64,000 bases of DNA from Octopus vulgaris (GCA_951406725.2 OX597837.1:14446001-14510000); one strand, 5' to 3'. Shown: positions 12,265 to 26,348, counted from the stretch's first letter. Numbers and translations are program-made. The notes: generated by a model not told the origin, from the letters alone.

Positions 12265-12515
12265 AGGCGCATGCGTGGCTCTGTGGTAAGAATTAAAATG
12301 ACAATGATAATGACTTTGTTTTACTTGAATTAATTTTGAAAATATTTTGTTATCTTTAACTGTGGTTTCGATTCCAGAGCCAGGTGATGCATTGTGTTCA
12401 TGAGCGAAACATTTCATTTCGCGTTGCTCCAGTTCTCCCATCAGCTGGCAAAAATGAGTAACCCTGCAATAGACATCACGCAAACTGGGAAACCGACCAA
12501 AAGAGTTTATATGAC
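12265..12515 (+). mobile_element. SINE family C (tRNA-like head, 'ttgtgttcttgagcaagacatttcatttcacgttgctccagt' body)
   Basis: gtggctctgtggtaag (A-box-like) and ggtttcgattcc (B-box-like); body shared with 39725-39945 and 58320-58690. Confidence 0.7.
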
Positions 12516-13529
12516 TCGAGAGGGACCTTTATTTGTGGTGTTTAAAGACAAGGACGGGGCGAAGTGAGAAACAGAGACAGTTCGGAGATACATTTGTCTG
12601 ATAGGCTCAAACCACAAAACGTAGAACAGTGTAACACAAGGGTCGAAGGCAGCACCATTGGCCACTGGATCATCGTCCCCTTTGTAAGATAGAGGCAGGT
12701 GATGAGTGCGAAATCTATGGAAAATGATGCGTGGTTGGGAAGGGTGGGTTGTGGTGCAAGAGTACAGTGGGGTCACCGTTGTTGTTGTTGTTGTTGTTGT
12801 TGTCATTATTGCTGTTATTATTGTTATCAGCGTGGTTATTGTTATTGTGGTTGTTATTGTGGTGGTTCTCTTATCATTTGTTGTTGTTGGTGTCGTTGCT
12901 GTTGTAGAAGTTGTTGTTTTTGCTGTTGTTACTTCCGTTGTTGTCGTTATTCATGTTGTTAATGATATTGCCGTTGTTGTTGTTGCATCTACGATGCTTT
13001 TTTTTTCTCTCGAAGGAAGTTCCCTGCATGGGATGGGGGGGGGGGGTCAGATACGCCATTATCGAAGTCCCCGCCAGGACGGCAGCGCGATCCGGTCATT
13101 GTCCTTCCAAGCAACAATGCTGCCGTTCACAATATCGACATCTGAAATATGTAAACAAACGAACATGTGGGTTGGGCCAGGGTGGACTCGGCGAGAAATA
13201 GCAACTTACGACACCGAAACACGCACACCCAAATGTAAACATTGACACACGCACGGATATACGCACACACACACACACCACAAACATATATGTGCACACT
13301 GACAACGAAATGCACACATGTATACACATGCATTTGAACATGTGGGGATAGACACACGAATATACCTATACATACATACATGCTTACACATAAACATACA
13401 TTTCTGTGTATATATATATATATATATATATCTGTATCTCTCACACACACACATACACACACACACACATACACATAGCAGGCTAGCTAGTTACCCGACA
13501 TACATACATACATACATACATACATACAT

Positions 13530-13560
<31 letters not shown>

Positions 13561-13668
13561 CACACACAGACAGACAGACAGATAGATAGAGTGATGCATA
13601 AGTGCAGAATGATATACAAATACACACACAAGCACTTAAACACGCACAAACATACACATACACACACA

Positions 13669-13710
<42 letters not shown>

Positions 13711-13719
13711 GTCGAAGTG

Positions 13720-13756
<37 letters not shown>

Positions 13757-13771
13757 AACCCTGATATATAT

Positions 13772-13817
<46 letters not shown>

Positions 13818-13822
13818 ATATC

Positions 13823-13854
<32 letters not shown>

Positions 13855-14279
13855 TATACACAATGCAAAACACAAGCACCTGCACCCACCCCGCATATAC
13901 CCACGTATACACATTGCTCAACACAACATGCGTACAATGTGGTGTCGGCATGTGCTTTTGCAAATGTGTATATACACACACTACAACTGTCGATGTGTCG
14001 CTTATGAACCAATCATTCATTGAAAAGCTCCGCTGCAAGAATCCGAAATTCATTGCTTCTTCGCTTCCTCCTTTCTTTCCATTCTCATTATATTTTGTTT
14101 TATTGAACAGGTAAACCACTCCGAAGAGCATCGCCATATATAGATGCGTTGCTTCGCTAGAATACTTCGGATACAAACAAGCTGAGATAGACTTCCAGTG
14201 CCAGCTACACGCGTGCTGCATGTGCAAATGCTACCTGAGATCGACTAAGCTAGGATTATGGAAGTGCACGCATACAGGT

Positions 14280-14341
<62 letters not shown>

Positions 14342-14616
14342 GTGTGTGTATATATATATATATGTGGACGTTAGCAGGTGACACATGCGTTCAATGACTT
14401 TGGCGTGTATGTGCGTTTGTGTGTGTATGTGTGTGTACTTGGAGGCTTATAGTCAATAAATACGTAAACACAAACACACACACACACACGCACATAATCT
14501 TGTGTGCATATACACTTACACACACACACACGATCATCGAGTGATTTCCGTTCATTAAATCTCATATATTAATTACATTAATTACAGCATCAATATGCAT
14601 ATATCTGTCAGATTAC

Positions 14617-14728
<112 letters not shown>

Positions 14729-14834
14729 TACATATATATATACTCATACACACATACACACACGCCTCTACGTGAGATTTAGATGTGTATATAAATATGT
14801 AGATATATGCGTATATATATATATATAAGTGTAG

Positions 14835-14932
14835 GTGTGTGTTGTAGGATGTCTGCTCCCCAACCACATGGTTCCAGGTACAATCGCACTGCACGGCACC
14901 TTGGGCAAGTGGCTACTATTATAGCCTCGGGT
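14835..14932 (+). mobile_element. SINE family A 5' fragment
   Basis: caaccacatggttcc...gcacggcaccttgggcaagtg...atagcctcggg. Confidence 0.75.
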
Positions 14933-14939
14933 AAATAAA

Positions 14940-15965
14940 ACCATACCGCGATACTAGTTTCGGATCAAGTGTTTTTCCATGTTGGGAAACATATGATAGT
15001 TAGAGGGGGCCAAATCAGGAGAATTGATCAACCAGTTCAAATCCACAGCCACGCACAACAGACATTGAACAGACAGTTTCCCCGACCTTGATATCTTGTC
15101 GTAACTGTTTCAGCAAGTTGGCGTAGTACTTTCCATTGGTGGTGTGGCCCTTTTGAAGACAGTCAATAAACACGATGTCTTTTGCATCCCAAACAACTGA
15201 AGTTTCCTGCAGCTGAAACGATCTTAGCCTTCTTTGGAGCAGGTGACGGGCTGGGGGGTGTTTCCACTGTATAGATTGTCTCTGGCTCCGGTTCAAATTG
15301 GTGAACCCAACGCTCATCCCGGGCTTGAAAACCTTCAAGAAACCCAACTGGATTTGCCTCAAGCTATGTCAGATTTTCCCGTGGTGTAATCAACCTGGTG
15401 CACTTTTGATCAGGTGTCGGATGTGACACCCACCAAGCAGAAAGCTTTATCATGCCAAGTTCAATGTGCAGAATATTCTCAACTCTCTCACGGGGTACAC
15501 TTATAACATTGGCTATTTGATGTTCTAATCAATCACCTGTCATCCATCTCCATTGTGGAGAACACGATGAAAGTTTTCCTCGGTGGTGACAATTACAGGA
15601 CGTCCAGACCTTGGGTCATCTTCAAGGCTCTCCTTTACACTCTTTAATACAGCTGCCCACCTTTGCACTGATGATAAAGCTGTCCATCCCCTAATGTAGC
15701 AACCATGCCAACATGAATGTCCTCTGGTGCTAAGCCCTTTTTCTGCAGGTACATGATGCCAAATTTTGCTCGTTTTCAAGAGAAGTTGCAACTAATTACT
15801 TTTGAAGTCTTCTTTGAAAACGTGGATGTCAGTTTGCCTGGGAAAAAAGCAAAGCAAAGAAAACAAGGTAGTTATTAATAAGAAGGGTTGGAATTGATGT
15901 CTGCAACATTTTACGGCTCTGGCATCACTCCTTCATAGTCATGACCTTTTCAGCCAACCCTCGTA
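14940..15965 (-). mobile_element. Decayed mariner (Tc1/mariner) transposon with 5' TIR
   Basis: Minus strand begins tacgagggttggctgaaaagg (TA plus mariner-type TIR). Fragments VQRW...SLEDDPRSGRP, VVWDAKDIVFIDCLQKGHTTNGKYYANLLKQLR and SPDLAPSNY (YSPDLAP motif). Multiple frameshifts. Confidence 0.92.
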
Positions 15966-16760
15966 CTTATAATATATACACACGAGTCAAAGAGGACCCC
16001 ACCCCCACCACCATCACCAGCCGTCCAAGAATTTGGACCTGGAGATTTCCACTTCCAGCGACTTCGAGAGCCACCTCCCAGTGGTGTCAGGCGTCAACGA
16101 AGAGCCCTTGACTACAACAAGACGACCAAAGTTTTTTTTTCCAAGGTCTCGGGTCTCCCGCCCCTAAACTCTAGACCATCCCCTAATCACGCTTACCTGT
16201 CTTGTTGCTTAACAACAACAACCACCATCACCACTTTCTTCCTAGCTGCTAATCCTGGTAGAAATAGCAGCCAAATCTCCCTCAAACCACGCTACTGCTT
16301 TACCTTTAGAATTAACCATCGATCCTTGTCAGACGGAACAAAACAAAAACCAAAGCGTGAAACACCTTTGGTCACAGATCCGCTTGCTGCGCAGTCATAG
16401 CAACAGCAGCAACAGCAACAACAACATCAATTACGACGACAACAACAACGATAATAGCAACATCGTTACGACAACAGCATCAATAACAACGTTATCGAAC
16501 CTTGCTTGCACCAAACCCGACCATATCAGTTCCGCTGTTCGATCAATAATACTAAGTCTCACCTGGACTTATGCACAGTCAGTTGTGCAGCGAAATAGTC
16601 TCACTACCTTGCAGCTGCACAATTGGTAGTGACGGTAGTAGCCGTAGTAGACGAAATGATAGTAGTAGTAGTAGTAGTAGTAGTAGTAAATGATGGTAGT
16701 GGTGTTGGTGGTAGGGGTGATTGTAGTAATAGTAGTGGAAGTAGTAGTAGTAGTAGTAGT

Positions 16761-16838
<78 letters not shown>

Positions 16839-17069
16839 TGTTGTAGTAACATCAGTGGTGATGGTGGTGGTGTTGATGTTCGCGTCAAGGTTAGTATCGT
16901 CATTAACGTCCGAGGAGGCTCTATGTGGTCGCACCACCCCTGCATGTAATAGCAACTAAATAGCCCTCAAATCACGTCCTACCGTCCTGTTTTTTTGTTT
17001 TTCTGAGAAGCACGTATTGCATGCTGTACTTCGGAGAACAACAAAGACAATAATAATGGTTTCTTACAT

Positions 17070-17190
17070 AGGCGCAGGTATGGCCGTGTGGTTAGGAAAC
17101 TTGGGTTTGCTGCTGAGTGGTTTCGGGTTCAGTCCCACTGCCTGGTACCTTAGGCACGTGTCTTCTACTACAGCCCTGGGCCGACCAATA
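17070..17190 (+). mobile_element. SINE family A head
   Basis: aggcgcaggtatggccgtgtggttagg...gggttcagtcccactgc...gggccgaccaa. Confidence 0.8.
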
Positions 17191-17199
17191 TTCCATCGA

Positions 17200-18010
17200 C
17201 GCCAAAAGGATGAAAGGCCAATTTGTGGTCTTGCATTATCGTTTAAGAGCAGCACACTTTTACGATTGGCTAATGAAGGGTGCATTTCTGCAAATTCGAA
17301 CGCAATGCTTCAATTTGACGAGAATACTTTTCAGCATTAATTGTTTCGTTTTGGCTTAGCACTTCATGATAATCGACACCCTTCATATGCCATCAAACAC
17401 GGGATGTAACTTTTTTCGAGTGTAATCCTAGTTTCGAGATGGGCTCTCCTTTTCCAATGAGTGCCAACCCTTGTTGTTTTCGTCAAGTATGATTATAGAA
17501 AGCCCGCGTTTCATCACTTGTGGCGATTCTACTCGGGAAAGGTCTTCTAACCATTCTACTTCTCTATGACGAGTAGAGGGAAACTTTTTGATTAAATTGA
17601 GAAGCAGACAGATGACAAGAGACCGAATAATCGAGACACCTTCATGAATTAGGACATTTTTTCCCTAATTCATAGAGTTGTTTTATGATTGAAGTATGAC
17701 ATGAATCGAACCATTTTTCCTAATTCCTGCTCAGATTGCTTAGGATATTCCTCAGCTACGGTTTTCAGACGCTCAGTATTAAGAAAACTTGATCGTCCAG
17801 ATTGAGGAGAATGAGCGAGAGAAAAATATCCCTAGCGAAACTCATTAAACTATTGTTGGTATGTCTGGACGCCCAAAGCTTCATGTCCAGAGAAAGAACG
17901 AATATCTCATGCCGCTTCCATTGATGAAGAACCCCTTTTCAATTCACACAATAGTGACCGATATGGTTCTGATCTAAACTCATAACGGGTAAAACCGTTA
18001 CAAATTTTAT
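17200..18010 (-). mobile_element. Second decayed mariner transposase remnant, distinct from 14940-15965
   Basis: Minus strand: RIATSDE (TxDE, first catalytic D), GVDYHEVLSQNETINAEKYSRQIEAL and HPSLANRKSVLLLNDNARP (HDNARP motif). Confidence 0.85.
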
Positions 18011-18653
18011 CATTATCTGCAAAGAAAGAAGAGAAAAATATTAGTGTTAAAAAGAATTAATGCTTATTTTACCGAAAGTACCCTCGATACGATCATTTCA
18101 AAAATGCAATAAGACTCTCCATACACACACACACACACATCGATGCGCTCTCTCAAGCACCCTGTATGTGTGTGTGTGTGTGTCTGCAACATGCATCGAT
18201 GGTTGTAGAAGACCGGGTTGGGTGTAGGAGTGAGATCTTGCCTTGACCGCGTCGAGAAAGTTGTAAAGAAGGACGGCAGCAGGAGACCAGAGTCGAATAA
18301 CGAATAAACTCTCGGCTCTGAATGAATAGTAAGACAGCGTTGTACTAGGACGAGTATTGAATGGTGGCCAGTGTAGGAGTGTCTCATTCGGAATCTGTTA
18401 ATGGGAGCTTCAGAGATCTTACATCGCAACCGGCATGATATCGACAATAACAGCTGCGGTTGTGCTGAGGGTGGTGGTGGTACTGGTGGGAGTGGTGGTG
18501 GCGGTGGTGGTGGTGGTGGTGGTGGTTGTGCTTTCACCATATCATCTCTGATCGAACAACTCCTATTTTCGAAGATGTTCACGCTTCGATGATCAGTGGT
18601 TTATTATGATTATTGTTGTTGTTGTTATTAATTATTATTACTATTATTATTAC

Positions 18654-18718
<65 letters not shown>

Positions 18719-18719
<1 letters not shown>

Positions 18720-18935
18720 GGCAGCGAACTGGCAGAATCGTTAGCACACCGGGCGAAATGCTTACCGGCATTTCGTCTGCCGCTACGGTTCTGAGCTCAA
18801 ATTCCGCCGAGGTCGACCTTGTCTTTCATCCTTTCGAGGTCGACAAAATAAGTACCAGTTGAGCACTGGGGTCGCTGTAATCGATTATCCCCCTCCCCCG
18901 ACATTTCAGGCCTTGTGCCTTTAGTAAGAAAGGAT
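18719..18935 (+). mobile_element. SINE family B, full length, non-Tx1 tail, preceded by (ATT)n
   Basis: ggcagcgaactggcagaatcgttagc...aaattccgccgaggtcgac...cctttcgaggtcgacaaaataagtaccag...ggccttgtgcctttagtaagaaaggat. Confidence 0.9.
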
Positions 18936-19179
18936 AACTGTCATTACACTAAAGAATACGATGCCCTATGCTGGAGACTGTAGGGGGTTTGTTTGCGGGT
19001 GGTTTGGTTGGCTGCCATTTCTAGTAGGATCCAATGACCGCGTCCAAAGCCCTTCCGGCCAACTATTGGAGAGACTAATGTGATGCGGAGATTTACATCG
19101 CTTTTATTATCCGCGTCAGCTGACAATTTGTAAACAATGCATTATTATAAACATACATATATATATACATATATATATA

Positions 19180-19885
19180 CACACGGCAGAATACTTACCG
19201 TGCCGAACAAAATGCTCAACCGCATTTCTTCCGGCTTTGACGTTCTGAGCTCAAAAAATCCGCCCGGGTCGACTTTGCTTCCCGTCCTTTCAGAGTCGAT
19301 GAAATAAGTACCAGTTACACTCTGGGGGTCGATGCAATCGACTGACCCCCCCCCCATCCCACTAAAAAGAATTTCAGGTTTTGCACCTGTAGTAGAAAGG
19401 ACTGTTATAAGTATTAAGAAGAGAGCGAGCTGGCAGAATCATGAGCAAGCCGGATCAAATACTTAGCGGCATTTCGTCCGTCTTTACGTACTGAGTTCAA
19501 ATGGTTGGGGCCGATAAAATAAGTACCAGTTACGTATTGGGGTCGATGCAATCGACTTGCCACTCCCCCGAAACTATTGGCCCTCAACCAAAATTTTAAA
19601 TCATCATCATCATTATTATTATTATTATTATTATCATTATTATTATTATTATTATTGTTGTTGTTGACGAGCTGGTACAACCCTTAGCACGCCGGACAAA
19701 ATGCTTAGCGGCTTTTCTTCCGGGTTTACATTCGTGAGTTCAACTTCCACCGAAGTCGACCTTGCCTTTATTCGTTTTGGGGTCCATGAAATAAGTACCA
19801 GTTTAAGCACTGGGGTCGGCGTAATCGAGCCCCCCCCTCCTAAAATTGCAGGCTTTGTGCATTTAGTAGAAAGGACTATTGTTAT
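19180..19885 (+). mobile_element. Three further head-to-tail family B SINEs
   Basis: Heads near 19185, 19425 and 19668, each followed by 'aaataagtaccagtt...ggggtcg'; an (ATT/ATC)n tract separates the last two. Confidence 0.85.
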
Positions 19886-20039
19886 TATTATTATTATTAT
19901 TACTAATCGGTGTTGTTATTGTTCGTAGTGTTACCGTTGCTATCATTGGCCGATGAGCCAATATACTCTTCCTTGTGTATTGAGCTCTATTCCTACTGCT
20001 TGTAAGACTAATGTGTGTATGTGTGTGTTTGTGTGTGTT

Positions 20040-20072
<33 letters not shown>

Positions 20073-20314
20073 AAGAAAGAGAGAGAAAGAGAGAGAGAAC
20101 CAGACGGACAGACAGACAGACAGAGGCCTCTTGTAGTATTTTCGTTAGTAGGGTAGTAGGGTAGAGCCTTTAAGAATTACTTAAAAATAAACATGCAAGC
20201 TTCATTCGGTTTCTCAACGGTTTGCAAATTTACAAACGATATGAATCAGATCTCGCTTAATCATATCTTTATTTCGGGAATGTACTATTAGATTTGAAAA
20301 AGAGATTTCAGCCA

Positions 20315-20710
20315 GGGGTGGGCATGGCTGTGAAGTTAAGAAGCCTCTTTTGCAACCACGTGCACCTGGGGCCTGAGTCTTGTACTACAGCCACCAATGC
20401 CTTGTGAATGAATTTGGGTGGCGGAAACTGTATGGAAGCTCGTTGTATATATGCATATCTGTTTTTTTTTTTAAATCTTTATGCTTGTGTTTGTGTATCA
20501 CCACCGCCACTTGAGAACCGGTGTTGGTTTGTTTATGTCCTAGTAATTTTTTTGCGGCGCGGCAAAAGCAACCGATAGAATATGTATCTGAGTTAACAAA
20601 AATAAATAGATAAATAGAATAGATAAAACTGGTGTCGATTAGTTCGACTAAACCCTTTAGGGCGGTGCCCCAGCATGGCCGAAATCCAATGCTTGGAGCA
20701 AGTAATATAT
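20315..20710 (+). mobile_element. SINE family A, old diverged copy
   Basis: ccttgtgaatgaatttgggtggcggaaactg ... gcggtgccccagcatggccg. Confidence 0.8.
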
Positions 20711-21222
20711 AATGTTAAAATAAAGGGTCATGCAAGAACAGAACGATCGTAAGGGAAAATCAGCCCTTTTTTTTCTTTACTCCAAAATTTATGCATTTTT
20801 GCGCAGAACTTCTACCCAACAAAACAAACACAGGATCCTTGCTGATACGAAATCGCTCGCCCTTTGGCCCTTATTTTGTCTCCCTTTCCCTCTTGTCCCC
20901 CGTATTGCTCTTGTGTCGTATCATGAAACGACTAACTGCTTGGTGTGCGTTGCTATCAGGGAATAACTGTGTAAATATCTCATAATAAAGGGACAGAAAG
21001 GAAGGAAAGAAGGAAGGAAGAGAAAAATTAAGTTTCCCGTTTTGCCCTATTGCTTTATTAGCGAAGAGTGAGTTCGATACATTTGGTGAATTTATTAGCC
21101 ATCGTGGGTGTGCAGCTCACCTAGCAAACCCAGAACATGCACCTCTGTGCATGGCCATGACTCTATACATGTACATATATATGTGTGAGTATGTACACAC
21201 ACACACACACATACTATATATG

Positions 21223-21283
<61 letters not shown>

Positions 21284-21489
21284 ATGTATGTATGTATGTA
21301 TGTATGTATGTATGTATGTGTGTTATGTGCATATATATGTATGCAGATATATAAGCATGCATACAAACACACACGCATAATGCATATACACATCCATCCA
21401 TATATATATATATATATATATATATACATTTGTGCATAAAACTGTGTATATACACAAACATTTATATTGTTTTTGTTGCTGTTGTTGCC

Positions 21490-21690
21490 TTTGCTGTTTA
21501 GCCTCAGGGCAGCCCTGATTGAGCAGATCTGTGGTCTTAGCCGTTCCAACCACGACCACTCTTGACTCTTCTTGGACACTATATCTCTACGATTACCTTA
21601 ACCAACGTGTCTTTCCATTTGCAATACGCTAAATAGAGTGTCAGTTAAGGGAGATTTGGCTGCTATTTCGAGCTGGTTGAGAAGAGAAAG
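21490..21690 (-). mobile_element. Dispersed repeat family D (SINE-like, unclassified)
   Basis: Core 'gaaatagcagccaaatctccct' also found near 16260(+), 16950(+), 25060(-), 27840(+), 31850(+), 52278(+) and 57840(-); shared downstream '...gctggaa...gatcagggctg...gctaaacaacaac'. Confidence 0.7.
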
Positions 21691-22139
21691 GGTCGTCGAA
21701 AGGCTCCGTAGCAGGCTCTCCATCTTTGTTGTTGGCGATAATATTGATGAACGCATACACCCCCACGAATCCCCGAATCTCAGAACCTACTATAACCATT
21801 CTACACATCATTCTACACACCGCGTATACAACACACAAACACCCACAAACACCCATATACACCCCTCCATACACAGAAAACACACACACACACATACACA
21901 CACATATACACACACATATATATACAAATATAAGCACAACGATCTCATCTTCTTCAACGCAGCTGTCGTTGTCTCGTTTCTGCTATATTGTCTTTCTCTC
22001 CTTACTCTCCTTACTCTACTCTCACTACCACCATCAGCAAATAGAAAATGTCTGCACACTTGGCTACAACGTGTTGTGTTATAATAATAATAATAATAAC
22101 AATGATAATAATAATAATAACAATAATAATAACGATGAT

Positions 22140-22400
22140 GATAATAATAAAATGGCCGACATTGCAGCAGTCAATCTGCATTCAGTCAGTGGCTCTTCTA
22201 TCCCGTGAACACCTTCCCGCATAAGCTTCTTTCTCTCAGAATCTTCATTTATTTTATTACATCTCTCTATTTAATTCATTATCATTTTCGTGTATCAGGG
22301 AACATTCCCCGGGAAAAATAAATAAATAAATAAATAAATAAATGCAATGAGAGCAAGCCGGGGAAGGAATTCCGTTAGTTCCATATATGGTATTGTATGG
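22140..22400. promoter_or_regulatory. Candidate cis-regulatory island (YY1-like, Rel/NF-kB-like, CArG box)
   Basis: aaaatggccg near 22149, gggaacattccc at 22298-22309, and a perfect CArG ccatatatgg at 22381-22390. Confidence 0.35.
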
Positions 22401-23130
22401 TAGCAGTAACAAGAGGACTTGTGCGCGCCTGAGTTTAGCTGTTTCACAAAAACAGTGTGTACATGTGTGTGTGAGAGAGATTCTTATGAACCGTATGGAG
22501 TATGTGTATATGTGTGTGTGTATAGATGTGTGTGTGTGAGTTGAGGTGTTCGCTGTTGGCTGGTTTGTGAATTGTTGCAAAAAGCGCGTGCGTAAAAACG
22601 TGCAGATGGGGCGATGTGTGATCATCAATGAGGATTTCTTGTATTATTTTACGTGTTTCTACAAATCATATATACGCACGAATATACATACATGCATGCA
22701 TGCAGGCATGCATTCATTTATATAAGCAAATCTTTATATATATAGTTTGTGTATATATATATATGTATAAATAATATATATGTACGTATATATATATATA
22801 TATACGTATATGTACACATGCCATATATATATATATATATATTATATTTTATATAAATATAATATATAATATATATATATGTATATATATATGACCTGTG
22901 TGCATATATATATATATATACGTACATATATATATTATTTATACATATATATATATACACACACAAACTATATATATATTTACACATATTTATTATATAT
23001 ACATACATATATATAATTAAGTATATATAAACATATAGCATAGATAATTATACATTGTGCATGTATATATATATATATATATATATATATTCATAATATA
23101 TGTTTGTGTGTGCGTGTGCGCATACATACA

Positions 23131-23205
<75 letters not shown>

Positions 23206-23393
23206 TCCTGATGCATGACCGAATTTCTAAGAAAACAATTAAAGGGAAGAAAGAGTATATTGCTAATATGTCATCATTTGTGGTGCCCCAGCATTGGCGC
23301 AACAAGATCAATGAAGTCACAATTATACGAAAAGAATGTCCTTATATATAAATACAGACAGACATACTTATATACATATATATATATGTATGT

Positions 23394-23438
<45 letters not shown>

Positions 23439-23956
23439 TATGCACGTATTTTGATGCATTTATACATATATACATAGACATGTATATAAATGCGTATATA
23501 TTTATACATAGATATAAATGTGTATACATATGTATATGTGTATATATGCACCGACACACACACTCACTCACACACGCACACATACAAACACGCATGTATA
23601 TATGTATGTATGTAGTCTCGGATATATATATATGTGTGTGTATGTGTGTGTGTGTATGCATAGATATATGACATATAAATGTGTATGTTGATATGTGTGT
23701 ATATGTGTGTGTGTGAATGTGTGTATATATGTATAATAATATATATATACACACAAATACATACATATATAAACATGTATACATATACACCTACAGTGCA
23801 TGTATGTATATTCGTCCGTGCATATGTCCTCGACGTTCTGTGTTCATTCATAATGATTCAGGTGAAGTCTTTGGGTTAATAATAATTTGCGTAGAAAGGT
23901 GAGTCAATGGATAGGAGAATACCTGCGCGTGGTCATGTGCATTTGTGCGCATCCTA

Positions 23957-24025
<69 letters not shown>

Positions 24026-24460
24026 TGTGTGTGGGTGTGTGTAAAATTACATACATAAGCGTATACATAGAAATGTTACACACGACCGTCTAACAGACAG
24101 ACACGTATAAACATAAACACACACACACACACACATACGCACCGCACGCGCGCACGTACACACAAACACATACACATACACGCATGTATATCTGTCGATG
24201 TGTGTATGTGTATGTGTGAACATCATCTTTCTATATTTGTGAATGCATTTGTATGACTGTTTGTAAAATGTTCTTGATGATGATGGCGATGATGATGATG
24301 ATGAAGATGATGATGATGAAGATGATGATGGCGATGATGATGATGATGATGATGATGAATGCAATATTGATGTCGACGACGACGACGCAGACGACGATGA
24401 TGAAAAGAACGATGATGATGATAATGATTGTTCAAATGCACCCTGATTAAACAATCCGAT

Positions 24461-24511
24461 TAAACAAAGCAGGCTGGGTACGTCTGGGACGTACCCAGCC
24501 TGCTTTGTTTA
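24461..24511. repeat. Perfect 24-bp inverted repeat with 3-nt spacer
   Basis: taaacaaagcaggctgggtacgtc-tgg-gacgtacccagcctgctttgttta; the arms are exact reverse complements. Confidence 0.97.
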
Positions 24512-24701
24512 GGATATGGGTGGGTAGGCCCCTATTACCCAATGCATCCCCGCATAAAGGGAGAGAGAGAGAGAGAGAGAGGGATATATATATAGTAAAT
24601 CCCCCAAATCAAAGAACAAACACACACAAAAAAAAAACAGCTACGCAAGGACGTGGTACATGTTAAGTATTAGCAGACACTCAAGGAAGGACAGAAAGCT
24701 G

Positions 24702-24737
24702 GTTTAACGTTTCGAGCAAACGCTCTTCTTCAGAAAC
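24702..24737 (-). ncRNA. Minimal type I hammerhead-ribozyme-like motif (Penelope-like element terminal repeat remnant)
   Basis: Minus strand GUUU-CUGAAGA-A-GAGC-GUUU-GCUC-GAAA-CG-UU-AAAC: stem I GUUU/AAAC, stem II GAGC/GCUC, palindromic ACGU stem III. One extra A after the core. Confidence 0.6.
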
Positions 24738-25489
24738 ACACACACACATGTATGTATGTATGTATGTGTTGCCGTGTGTCATTCATTGTGGATCCACGCA
24801 GTCTATGCCTGTTTGTTATTGTTCTAGACACGAAACCTTCGCAAGTCGTGCAAAGTCGTTGTTGTGGCCGTTGTTGTTGTTGTTGTTCTTCCTTTGTGCC
24901 ACGTAAATCCGATCAAGCAAAACTACGATCGAAAACCATTCTAACTGTAACCATTTCGGATTTCCTTTCTATGCATCGTGTAATCCCCCGCCTGCACCCA
25001 TCTACTTTATACACCGCGACCCCGGTATCTTCTCAGGACTGCAGGATGCGGTTTGAGGTCGATTTCACTGCTATTTCAAGGATATCAAGCGAATGTTTGT
25101 AAACGGTGATCTCTACATGGTGTCTAAACTTACATAGAAGACAACACGCAATCAAAAACACCGCGATTGTAAAACAGAAACGGAGAACCAATTGTTTGGC
25201 GGTCCGAAGCAACCGGAAGCCTTCCACAAATTCTGCAGGGAGGTTTTGTCATATAAACCTGGGCACACATCCTTGGACTCTAAAAGTCTGCACAGAAACT
25301 CGAAACGGCAGTGTGGTCAATGTTCATCAAAAGTAGGTGTTTATGGATGAATTAAATAGATATATATCTGTTGGGTATTGTTGTTGACGAAATAATTATT
25401 ATTATTTTTATGGCTCCAATGAGAAAGGATCATCTCCGTTACCGTGTTAAGTGGGACACACGCGAGTTTCAAATGTAAAATATAGAAAG

Positions 25490-25820
25490 ATGCAGATATG
25501 GATCTGGGGTTAAGGCGCTTGCTTTGCAATCACACAATTTCGCGGTCAGTTCCACTGCGCGGCACTTTGGGCAAGTATCTTCTATTCTAGCCCTAGATCG
25601 ACCAGTGCTTTAGGTAGACAGAAACTCTGCGTGTGTGTGTGTGTGTCACACCACCACTTGACAACCGGGTTTGGTTTGTTTACATTCTCGTAACTTTGTA
25701 GTTCAGCAAAAGATACCAATAGAACAAGCGCCAGACTTACAAGAAAAAATAAGTACTGGGTCCATTTGTCCGAGTAAACCCTCCGATGCGGTGCCCCAGA
25801 GTGGCCGCAGTCCAGTGGAT
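25490..25820 (+). mobile_element. SINE family A, old internally deleted copy
   Basis: ccactgcgcggcactttgggcaagt ... cttgacaaccgg ... gcggtgccccagagtggccgcagtc. Confidence 0.8.
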
Positions 25821-26174
25821 GCATCATGTACGAGATAACAGTTCCACACAATAGTGCTGCCGAACCCGCTCCCAACTTTCCGGTCGTTGATCTTAGTTTC
25901 TGCAGCGCTGCTTGCTGCTATCGGAAAATTTACAAGGGATTTTCTGGGCTTCTATTAGTGACCTCATAGATGTCAGCGTGACCTAAGTGGTATAAAGTGC
26001 TTGTCGCTATAGTAGTGTGACGTCATGGCAGGTAGCTGACTGGTGGAGGGGTTGCCATCCATTAAATTGCCCATCCATATGAACCCGTCCGCTCTGTTTC
26101 GGTCTCATGTTTTATCGTATGAAACCCAGCAATCTAGACCTTCAAGTCATGCACCCCTGAAGCCAGTCATTTGT

Positions 26175-26215
<41 letters not shown>

Positions 26216-26348
26216 AGGTGTAGTAATTAATTTATCTATTAAGTTATTTATCTACCTTGTAGACCAGCCACACAGACAGACAGATAGCCTGATAACCAGC
26301 TAGATGTGCATAGACATATAATGACACAGACATAGAACACGCACACAT

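Noticed and set aside
25307-25317. miR-34-like GGCAGTGTGGT
   Set aside because: The match ends after 11 nt and there is no hairpin.
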